46,994 bases of DNA from Promethearchaeota archaeon (GTDB lineage: Archaea > Asgardarchaeota > Lokiarchaeia > Sigyniarchaeales > SOKP01). The stretch spans positions 1-46,994 of the forward strand of contig JAGXNO010000028.1 in NCBI GenBank assembly GCA_019894975.1, in the 5' to 3' direction. This document shows positions 1 to 8,362 of the stretch, one piece after another. Made by a program: the position numbers and the translations under genes. The first letter of the stretch is position 1, and each line of letters begins with the position of its first letter. Below the pieces are notes generated by a model. It was not told the origin of the DNA. It saw nothing but the letters and a program-made list of their open reading frames with translations, and searched no databases.

Positions 1-1029
1 TCTGAATGGTTAAAAGAAAAAGGCTATGATATGGATGATTATCGTAGCAATCCTGCTAGAGTTAACAATTTTTATCATGAAACAAAACTACCAGAAGAAT
101 TATACCCCACAAAATATATATCAGACCAAACAGTAAAATATCTCGAAAGAACTGTGAATGGAGAGTATGGGAACAAACCATTTTTTCTCCACTGTTCGTT
201 TCCTGATCCGCACCAACCTGTTTGTCCCCCAGGGAAATACAAAGATATGTATAAACCAGAGGATATCAACTTACCTTCGAATTTTAATGATGGTCAAAAA
301 TTACTTGAGCATGAGTTTTTGGGAAAGTATATAAAACTAAAATTTGAACCCGTTCTTCCTAGTTTAGTCAATGAGGAGGTAGCAAAAAAATTCACGGCTC
401 TAACTTACGGCTCTATTGCTATGATTGATGATGGTGTTGGAAAGATTCTTAACTACCTGGAAGATTCAGGCTTAGCAGAGAACACAATGGTGATTTTCAC
501 CAGTGACCATGGTGATTTTTGTGGTGATCACGGACTTATCGTGAAGGGTCCAGCTCATTTTCGAGGTGTGATAAATCCACCTTTGCTATGGAAAGTACCT
601 GGTTTAACTAAAACATCAGTTTCGAATTCATTAGTTAGTACAGTTGATTTACCAAAATCTCTTTTAAGTATGTTAGGTGTAGAGAAGAAGTATCACCCAG
701 AAATGTGTCAAGGATACGACATGTCACCAATATTAGAGAACCCAGACAATAAGGTAAGAGAACAACTTCTAATTGAACAAGATGAAGAACTTACACATAT
801 TAGTAGACAAGAATCTTTTAGACTTCGAACACTTATTACTGAAAGACATCGCTTGACAATCTACGATGGGTTCGAAAAGGGAGACATTTTTGATTATGAA
901 AGCGATCCTGGCGAAGTTGATAATTTATGGAGCAAGGACGAGGATTTAAAAAATATTCTCATAGAAAAACTCATGAGAGAAATGGTAAGTGTTCAGCTAA
1001 GAATACCTACGAGAAAATCTTCTCATTAA
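1..1029 (+). CDS. Sulfatase family protein, 5'-truncated (frame open from base 1)
   Basis: PFFLHCSFPDPH, IDDGVGKIL..L...GL.ENT.VIFTSDHGD, LVSTVDL and DPGEVDNLW motifs; frame 1 has no stop upstream of ATG 31; the catalytic CxPxR motif lies outside the window. Confidence 0.9.
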   Translation, partial: SEWLKEKGYDMDDYRSNPARVNNFYHETKLPEELYPTKYISDQTVKYLERTVNGEYGNKPFFLHCSFPDPHQPVCPPGKYKDMYKPEDINLPSNFNDGQKLLEHEFLGKYIKLKFEPVLPSLVNEEVAKKFTALTYGSIAMIDDGVGKILNYLEDSGLAENTMVIFTSDHGDFCGDHGLIVKGPAHFRGVINPPLLWKVPGLTKTSVSNSLVSTVDLPKSLLSMLGVEKKYHPEMCQGYDMSPILENPDNKVREQLLIEQDEELTHISRQESFRLRTLITERHRLTIYDGFEKGDIFDYESDPGEVDNLWSKDEDLKNILIEKLMREMVSVQLRIPTRKSSH

Positions 1030-1396
1030 TTTCTTTATAAAATACTACAGAAAAAAAATTAGAAAATTGAGAAGAACTATTTCTTATTCTGTAATAATAC
1101 ATTTGGAAAGAATAACTAAACAGTGTATATAAAATAACTAAAATATAGACAAACTTTGAAACCTCAAAATCAACCAAAAAGAAGTGCTTTGTTCATAAGG
1201 ATGTGATAATCCATGAAGGAAGCAACTATATAAGACAAGCTTAGATCATTATAAAGATGAGTTATGTATATAAAATAATTGCTTTCTAAATTTTTTAGTT
1301 GATTATAGGCAATAAATCTCTCTCCCGCTGTTGTTTGTACATAACTTGACGAATTTTCTCTTGCTATCGAAATTTTTTATCTTTTTGCAATTTAAA

Positions 1397-1903
1397 TTAA
1401 ATTTTTTGCCCGCATTCATCACAATGTTTAGCATCTTCATCGTTTAGGGTTCCACAAGCTTTACATCTAACCATTATTATTTGTTCTTTATTACTATCTA
1501 CATCTAATTTTATCCCACCAGCACTTTTAATCCCCCTTGCCACTGCTTCAGATCCCTTACCAATAATCCTTCCATATCCATCTACCGCTCTTTCCGATGC
1601 TGTCCCGAGAGCCATTCCCGTTTCCTCATATCCATATCTAAGAATTTCTCTATGATACGCTATACGTAATAACGAAATTGTAGCCATAATACAAATAACA
1701 CCAACAAAGAAACATCCAGCTGAAGCACCACCAAACAACATGAAATTATTATTTTCAAATTCACCCATTGAATTAAGTGAAGCTATAGAAAAGGATATTC
1801 CAGCAATTATCAAAGTAATTCCCATTATAAGCGTAATGAAGCCAATTCTTTTCATTTTTTTCTTTCTTTGAATATTAATATCTTGTTCATCATCTGTTTT
1901 CAT
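1397..1903 (-). CDS. Two-TM membrane protein with C-terminal zinc ribbon
   Basis: Two hydrophobic segments; C-terminal CKACG-x7-KHCDECG. Confidence 0.8.
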   Translation of the reverse strand: MKTDDEQDINIQRKKKMKRIGFITLIMGITLIIAGISFSIASLNSMGEFENNNFMLFGGASAGCFFVGVICIMATISLLRIAYHREILRYGYEETGMALGTASERAVDGYGRIIGKGSEAVARGIKSAGGIKLDVDSNKEQIIMVRCKACGTLNDEDAKHCDECGQKI

Positions 1904-1990
1904 TAAATATCATCTACAATTTTTTTTATATAAATTAATTTGATTGGATAATTATTAAATGTTACTTCGAGGACAGAAATAATATTAACA

Positions 1991-2086
1991 CTTTGAAAAG
2001 GATTAAATAATCAACTTGTCGATAAACTTTTAAGGGAAATAGTTAATCTTCGACAGCACCTACCTAAAAGAAGTGCATCTAATTAA
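1991..2086 (+). pseudogene. Remnant of the 3' end of a sulfatase paralogue
   Basis: Translates L*KGLNNQLVDKLLREIVNLRQHLPKRSASN*; aligns ungapped with the upstream sulfatase end LKNILIEKLMREMVSVQLRIPTRKSSH* (11/27 identical, same stop position). Confidence 0.6.
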
Positions 2087-2203
2087 CAGGAAAATTTATG
2101 CTTAAATGTTTACTTTTTACCTTTTTTTTACTTGATATATCTTTTGCATTAACTTAATAAGCTCAAAATCATTAATAGATTAAAAGTATTAATTAAAAAT
2201 ATT

Positions 2204-2432
2204 GGAGGTGTTTGTTTATATTATGGATGATCGAAAAGTAAAGGCTAATTTTTGGCAAATAAAACAAACACCCTCAGGTACTGAATAAGGAAATTAATAT
2301 CCTTCAAATTTGTTTTATTCGTTAGACATAAGTCTTTTCTTCTCAAAAATGAAGGCTCTACCTTCTACGAAGCAACTCAAGCCTGAACTCCAGAATATAA
2401 ACTTTCTTCAAATGTTTAGAGGCACCTCTCTA
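2204..2432 (+). promoter_or_regulatory. Candidate structured 5' leader with uORF upstream of the RIO kinase
   Basis: GGAGGTG at 2204 before a 21-aa ORF (2223-2288); inverted repeats 2205-2219/2259-2275, 2283-2320, 2351-2365, 2417-2432. Confidence 0.4.
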
Positions 2433-2462
2433 TTAAAAAAAATTATAAAGTGATATAAAAAA

Positions 2463-3422
2463 TTGGTGAAGAAAGAGTATAATCAGGATATTGGATTTAA
2501 ATTTTCAAAGAATGGACGTCAGTTTGATCAATATAGACAACAAAGGCATTCAAGTTCAAAGACTCAAATTAAAGAAATTACTCTCAATGAAGCTTGTCAA
2601 CAACTCCTTTCATTGAAAGAGATAGATAAGGTGTTTTTGGTAATTGGTGCTGGAAAAGAAGCAACTGTAATATTAGCTCGAGAAACAGATACAAAAGATC
2701 TAGTATGTGCTAAGGTTTTTAGATATTTTACAAGTACGATTCGTAAGCGTTTACAAGGCACTAAACATATTTCTAAAATGGGTATGGCATACATTGTAGC
2801 AAACCAAGAATATTGGAATCTAGTGGAATTATATAATGCACAAATTCCTGTTCCGAGACCAAGATACTTATTAAATAACATAGTTATTATGGATTTCATT
2901 AATTTACAGGATGAAGTTTATCAACCCGCACCATTACTTAGCGAGATAGACATAAATCTTTTTGATGATCCCGAAGAAATCTTATATGAATCCATAGAAA
3001 TTCTTGCAAAAATGTTTTTAGACGCTAAATTTATACATGGTGATTACAGCGATCATAATCTCATGGTAACTGAAAATGGATTAGTAACCATGGATGTCTC
3101 TCAATCTGTGCTCTATAACGAAAAAACCTTTATTAAAACGCCTAACCGGATTAAAATTGATAAAGCAGTAGAATTATTACAAATAGATTTGAATAATTTA
3201 ATAAATAGTTTTAAGAAATATCGAATATCTATAGATGCTGAATACGTTTGTAAAGAAATTGTAAAGGAACTTCCTGAGAAACTTCAGAATTTTCTAAAAG
3301 AATCAAGCAAGATAAATCCCTTTTCACATAATTCCATTGATAGCTATAATGCTAAAGAACTATATAGACAGCAATCAGTATTTGACCGATCTGGAAGAAT
3401 ATATCAGAAAAAGAAAAGATAG
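2463..3422 (+). CDS. RIO-family (Rio1-like) atypical Ser/Thr kinase
   Basis: IGAGKEATV P-loop, AKVFR, EYWNL..L.......P.P, IHGDYSDHNL catalytic loop, MDVSQSV metal loop. Confidence 0.88.
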   Translation: MVKKEYNQDIGFKFSKNGRQFDQYRQQRHSSSKTQIKEITLNEACQQLLSLKEIDKVFLVIGAGKEATVILARETDTKDLVCAKVFRYFTSTIRKRLQGTKHISKMGMAYIVANQEYWNLVELYNAQIPVPRPRYLLNNIVIMDFINLQDEVYQPAPLLSEIDINLFDDPEEILYESIEILAKMFLDAKFIHGDYSDHNLMVTENGLVTMDVSQSVLYNEKTFIKTPNRIKIDKAVELLQIDLNNLINSFKKYRISIDAEYVCKEIVKELPEKLQNFLKESSKINPFSHNSIDSYNAKELYRQQSVFDRSGRIYQKKKR

Positions 3423-3443
3423 CCAAAAATTTCTATAAATAAA

Positions 3444-4688
3444 ATGCGAGGTGATAATGTGAAAGAGCTCAAAAAAAAAGAATTTTCTATGATCTATCCT
3501 CTTATCAAAGAATTATTAAAATATAATTACATAATTAGATCAGTTATAGATGGAAGTGTAGCTGGTCGAATTTTTATTGATAACTTGGAAAATCCTAAAA
3601 CAGTATTATTATGGGACAAAACAGATTGTGCGGGAATCTATATAGAAGGTGAATATTCACCAGAAATTGCAAAAGCTATGAATAATATGATTAGAAAAAC
3701 AATAATCCCCGAAGCAAATACAATAGAAGATACAAAAGATATAGCATGCTGTTATTCTCCCACTGACATTTGGGAGGATAAAATTGAGAAAGAAGTTTTT
3801 GCTGACTTATTTGTAATGAAAACTTTTAGAAGATTCCTTACCTTCGATAAAGGAAAAAATCAAAGACTAAGATGGGAGAAAATGTTACCAAGTAACTTTG
3901 AAATGGTAATATTTTCTGAAGATTCCAAATTGATAAAGGATCAAGGTTTGAAGAATGCTGATCGATTATTACACCATATTAGATATTGTAAACCTGGTTT
4001 TGGTTGCTGTTTAATTGATAAAGAATTAAATGAAATAGTTACTCAGTGCTTTTCTGATTGGTCAAGTGATAAATATTTGGAGATAGGAATTGAAACGGAA
4101 GAAAAATATCGACGAAGAGGATTTGCAGCAGCTACTACAGCAGCAATGTTAGAATATGCCTTGGAGAGGGGATTTGAACATATAGGTTGGCACTTATGGG
4201 ATGATAACGTTGGATCGGAAAAAACAGCATTAAAAGCAGGTTTCACAAAAGAAAGAAGACATGTAGTTTATCACTTTTGGAATAATGAGTATGATAATCT
4301 ATTTGTCAATCTTAGATTTTATTTTTATAAACAAAAGGATTATAAAAAATCGTTATTCTTTATAAGAAAGATACGGGAGTGTGAAGAAAATAACACTGAA
4401 GCTTATAATACTGCTGACTTCATATCAGATGAATATTCAAAATGGGTTCTTTACGTCGAAGCTTCGTGTATGACAGGATTAGGAGACATAAATGCGATGT
4501 TTAGATGCCTTAATCAAATATTAGATATCGGTTTGAATAATACAACTGGATTTATTAAGTTTTTAAAAAGGGATGAAAATTTTTCTAAATTTGCTGGGAA
4601 TGAGAAATGGGAATCTTTTATTATGAAAATAGAAAAAACTGAAAACAATAAAAAAAGAGATAATATTAATCTATTTGTTTTTTTCTAA
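3444..4688 (+). CDS. GNAT-family acetyltransferase with C-terminal TPR-like helical tail (start may be GTG 3459)
   Basis: EIGIETEEKYRRRGFA acetyl-CoA motif, WDDNVGSEKTALKAGF; GAGGTGA upstream of GTG 3459. Confidence 0.82.
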   Translation: MRGDNVKELKKKEFSMIYPLIKELLKYNYIIRSVIDGSVAGRIFIDNLENPKTVLLWDKTDCAGIYIEGEYSPEIAKAMNNMIRKTIIPEANTIEDTKDIACCYSPTDIWEDKIEKEVFADLFVMKTFRRFLTFDKGKNQRLRWEKMLPSNFEMVIFSEDSKLIKDQGLKNADRLLHHIRYCKPGFGCCLIDKELNEIVTQCFSDWSSDKYLEIGIETEEKYRRRGFAAATTAAMLEYALERGFEHIGWHLWDDNVGSEKTALKAGFTKERRHVVYHFWNNEYDNLFVNLRFYFYKQKDYKKSLFFIRKIRECEENNTEAYNTADFISDEYSKWVLYVEASCMTGLGDINAMFRCLNQILDIGLNNTTGFIKFLKRDENFSKFAGNEKWESFIMKIEKTENNKKRDNINLFVFF

Positions 4689-4763
4689 ACTTATATACTA
4701 ATTTAAATTTTAGATGAATATAATGATAAAAATAGGCAGATTTTTTAACGGGAGGCGGAGAAA

Positions 4764-5846
4764 ATGCCTGCAGTAACTCCTTCAGATGGTCCAGTTGCGG
4801 TGACCGGGGCTTCGGGTTATGTCGGTTCTCATGTAGTAGTTGCTTTGGTAAAGCATGGATTTACGGTACACGCATGTGTAAGAGATCTGAACAATCCTGA
4901 TAAAACTAATCATTTACTAGATCTTAATAAAAACAATTATTCAGGTCATGTGGAGCTTTTTTCTGCAAACTTACTTGAAGCTGATAGTTATGACACACCA
5001 TTTACTGATTGTTATGCTGTGCTCCATGCAGGTACACCTATGGGATATGGTCGTGCTAATAATCCACGGCAAATCTACGATGGTGCAATAAATGGCACTA
5101 AGAACGTGCTTAATTCTGCTAAGAAAGTGGGCACAATAAAAAGGTTTATTTATACAAGTTCTTTTGCTGCTATCCATCATCCAATGAAGTCCGGGTATTT
5201 ATTTACTGAAAAGGATTGGGCTTCTGACAATCGTGAAAATGATCCAAATTGGAGTGTAGATAGAATTGATGAGGATGGTGTAATGGCATACGCGATGGCT
5301 AAAGTCGACTGTGAACATATAGTATATGATTTTGCTGAGAAGTCGGGACAATTTGATGCTGCTTCAGTATGCCCAATTGTAGTGTTAGGGCCCCTCCTTT
5401 CGAGGTTGCACGAACGGGTATACTCTTGGCAATGGTTCGTTGGTCAAATGTTAGCTGGGAAGACTTGTGAACGAGAATGGAAATCACTATGGAATATTGT
5501 TGATGTTCGCGATGTTGGTGAAGCTCAGGCATTAATGCTCGAAAGTACTGTCTGTAAGAATGGAAACCGTTATCAGTTGTGTGCGACGGATGAATTGGGT
5601 GAGATTAGTGTACTTCAAGTTCAAGCACATTTAAAGAAGTTATTTCCTAAGATCGATGTAGGGGGGCCTCCTGAAGAAATCCACAAAACCATCGAAAAAT
5701 ATGGTGCAGTATATCAAGCACCTCTAGCACATTGTGATCGGGCACGAAAGGAACTTGGTCTCAAGACTCATGCTATTGAAGATACGTTGTATGAAACAGG
5801 AAAAACTTTGATCGATTTGGGGCTAGTAGAACCTGCATTCAAATAG
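4764..5846 (+). CDS. Extended SDR, NAD(P)-dependent epimerase/dehydratase (dihydroflavonol/aldehyde reductase-like)
   Basis: VTGASGYVGS, YTSSFAA, YAMAK (YxxxK), VDVRDV; GGAGG RBS. Confidence 0.9.
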   Translation: MPAVTPSDGPVAVTGASGYVGSHVVVALVKHGFTVHACVRDLNNPDKTNHLLDLNKNNYSGHVELFSANLLEADSYDTPFTDCYAVLHAGTPMGYGRANNPRQIYDGAINGTKNVLNSAKKVGTIKRFIYTSSFAAIHHPMKSGYLFTEKDWASDNRENDPNWSVDRIDEDGVMAYAMAKVDCEHIVYDFAEKSGQFDAASVCPIVVLGPLLSRLHERVYSWQWFVGQMLAGKTCEREWKSLWNIVDVRDVGEAQALMLESTVCKNGNRYQLCATDELGEISVLQVQAHLKKLFPKIDVGGPPEEIHKTIEKYGAVYQAPLAHCDRARKELGLKTHAIEDTLYETGKTLIDLGLVEPAFK

Positions 5847-5875
5847 GTAGATATTAGAAAGAGCTTTAAAACATT

Positions 5876-6991
5876 TTATTTTTCATTTCTATTTTCTTTA
5901 TACACTTTCTGCATTAATTCAATCGGAGTTTTATAGAGATGTGAGCGTTCAACACGATGAAGTTTTATAGCTTCGGTTGGGCAGGTTACAGCACAAACTC
6001 CGCATCCATAACATTTATTAGTGTTTACAAAGGATTTTTCATCTTTCATTATAATTGCCTGGAAAGGACATCGCTCCTCACATAATCCACATCCTTTACA
6101 AAGATCTTGATTTACTTCTGAAATGTAATTTGATTTAGCAGTACAATTTTCATTTTTATCTTCAAAACGAGTGATACCTCTTAACAATGCACAGCAACAT
6201 TCACAACAGCAGCAAATTACTTGATGCATTTGACTTTCTGTGTTTTCAGTTGTAAAAACTAAGCCTAATTTTGCTAACTTATCTACTATTTCATGTGCTT
6301 CTTTTCGAGATACTTCTCTTCCCTCTCCTCTTCTTAAGAAATATTTCCCAAATAACCCGACTTGAAAGCACGATTCTTGGATAGGATATTTATCTTTACA
6401 CTCTCTGATTTCCAATAAATCAGTTCGATTTCTACAAGGGCAATCTGTTATTACAACTGGTCCCATACAACTCTCAATTAATCCGTGGATTTCCTCAGCA
6501 TTAGAGATAACAGATTGATGATCAATAGATTTATTGATTGGTACTATTCTTGTTATAGGGGTTCCCGCATCCGAAGATTCATAGCGTTTATAAAACTTCT
6601 CTTTGATAAAGAATTGCTGATATAACTCCGCACCCTTTTTACCAAGTCTACCAAATGTTTTTGAGTATTTGAATCCCATATTTAAAAGATGTGGCATAGC
6701 TATGAAATAAGAAAAACCTCCTATATCCTGTATTATACCATCTTCGGTCATTTTTTCTAGTACCTTCTGAGTTTCTTCACGACTCTTTTCCAACTTTTTT
6801 GAAATCATTCCAACCGATTGAGGTCTAACAGTTAGATGCTGAGCAACTTCTGCTTCTTCCGGAGTAAATAAAAGGGTAACAAATTCTTTAAATGCTTCAG
6901 AAATTTTACCATTTGTTATCGGAATATCATTAGGATATTCACGCATATTTTGTAGAATTTTCTCGTAGGGATCAGTTATTTCGTTTGACAT
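5876..6991 (-). CDS. Cys-rich 4Fe-4S dicluster (ferredoxin-domain) protein
   Basis: LFTPEEAE N-terminal motif, CPCR, ICCCCECCC, and two CxxCxxCxxxCP motifs. Confidence 0.88.
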   Translation of the reverse strand: MSNEITDPYEKILQNMREYPNDIPITNGKISEAFKEFVTLLFTPEEAEVAQHLTVRPQSVGMISKKLEKSREETQKVLEKMTEDGIIQDIGGFSYFIAMPHLLNMGFKYSKTFGRLGKKGAELYQQFFIKEKFYKRYESSDAGTPITRIVPINKSIDHQSVISNAEEIHGLIESCMGPVVITDCPCRNRTDLLEIRECKDKYPIQESCFQVGLFGKYFLRRGEGREVSRKEAHEIVDKLAKLGLVFTTENTESQMHQVICCCCECCCALLRGITRFEDKNENCTAKSNYISEVNQDLCKGCGLCEERCPFQAIIMKDEKSFVNTNKCYGCGVCAVTCPTEAIKLHRVERSHLYKTPIELMQKVYKENRNEK

Positions 6992-7065
6992 ATATATTCC
7001 TTAGTTATTTACATATAATATTATTTATGAAATACGTATATACAATTCTTGTCTAAATACTGGTA

Positions 7066-8052
7066 TCAGACAATTGTTAAAAAAGGTAGATTGTATGGAT
7101 TAATTACTAATGAAAAGAAAATCTCATACCAATAAAGTATTAGTATGCAAATAAAATAAAAAGCCGGAAAAAATATCTGTGGTTTGAAGAAGTTCTTATA
7201 AAATTTCCAGAGCATTATCAAAGAATAAATTATTATCCCAATAAAGAAAGGAAGTGTGATCCAGAAAACCGTAATTGGACTTATGTTCAAGATATTCGAA
7301 AGTGTCCGAGCATCACTGTGTGTGTCTAATACTGAATATATCGTAAAATACCCTACTCCATGTATGAAAAGCGTTGTCAAGACATTCAATACAGAAAAGG
7401 TCCAAAATCTATTTCTCCTTTTTATTAATAAAAAAATAGCAAAAAGAACTGATCCAACGATTACTTCAGCTAACAAACCTGATAAGTTACTTAGTATCAT
7501 ATATTGAGTTGTGTAAGAACCTCCAGCACTATATGCCCTCCCACCTAAGAAAAAATTAATTTCGATCTTTTCGTAATAACCTCCACATAAAACTCTCGCT
7601 ATGCTGTGTCCAAACTCATGGACTAAAGTTGTTAGAAATCCGAGTATATAAACGAAACATAATAACAAACCAATTGATATTACTTTTTGTAGTGTTGTTT
7701 TTGGTTTAAAAAAATTACTCGAAATCCTCTTTAATGAATTTTTTGCTTTTCTAATTATTTGGTTTTCATTAAACCGCTTGAAATTTAATATATATACAGT
7801 AATCATGAACATTAAACTAGCATTATACAATATAAAATATAAGAGATAATTAAGTAATGGAAATAAGTTAATGTCATAATTATAGTCTCGCCGATAAGCA
7901 TTAATACTACTTAAAATTGCACAACAATTATGAAGAACTACTAAACTAATTGTGATTAATAGAGCTTTTTTCTTTTTATCAATTAATATCATTGTTCCAA
8001 TAATTAAACCCATAAATAACAATGATATAGTAATTAACCAGTCAATTTTCAA
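7066..8052 (-). CDS. M50-family (site-2-protease-like) intramembrane metalloprotease
   Basis: HEFGH within a TM segment, GGRA, SGLLAE (AGP-like), SDA third ligand; multiple TMs. Confidence 0.75.
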   Translation of the reverse strand: MKIDWLITISLLFMGLIIGTMILIDKKKKALLITISLVVLHNCCAILSSINAYRRDYNYDINLFPLLNYLLYFILYNASLMFMITVYILNFKRFNENQIIRKAKNSLKRISSNFFKPKTTLQKVISIGLLLCFVYILGFLTTLVHEFGHSIARVLCGGYYEKIEINFFLGGRAYSAGGSYTTQYMILSNLSGLLAEVIVGSVLFAIFLLIKRRNRFWTFSVLNVLTTLFIHGVGYFTIYSVLDTHSDARTLSNILNISPITVFWITLPFFIGIIIYSLIMLWKFYKNFFKPQIFFPAFYFICILILYWYEIFFSLVINPYNLPFLTIV

Positions 8053-8362
8053 ACTTTTTTGATTCCATTTTATTATTTATAAAATTGTGGACTTTTGTGT
8101 TCTCCATCAGCTAAAAGGCGTCCGAAGTACGGGGTCTCTTTATCTCTTGAATTCTAGAAACTTACGGTTTTATTTAAATTTTGTTTCAATCTTATTTTTC
8201 CTTTAAATTAGTTGAAATGTCTTAATATCTTCCATTTATATGAAAATTCATATTTACTTGAAATCTATACAAACTGAGAAAAGTAATTGCTATAAATTAT
8301 TAAACATTAGAAAACTAGTCTTAAACACTACTTATTATGAAAAACTCATTATTGGTGGATAA

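Noticed and set aside
1296-1382. Minus-strand fragment DKKFR*QEKIRQVMYKQQ.. as a gene relic
   Set aside because: Too short, and no match that I can support
2223-2284. C/D-box sRNA (atggatga ... ctga)
   Set aside because: C box does not match RUGAUGA, and no internal D'/C' boxes or terminal stem are evident
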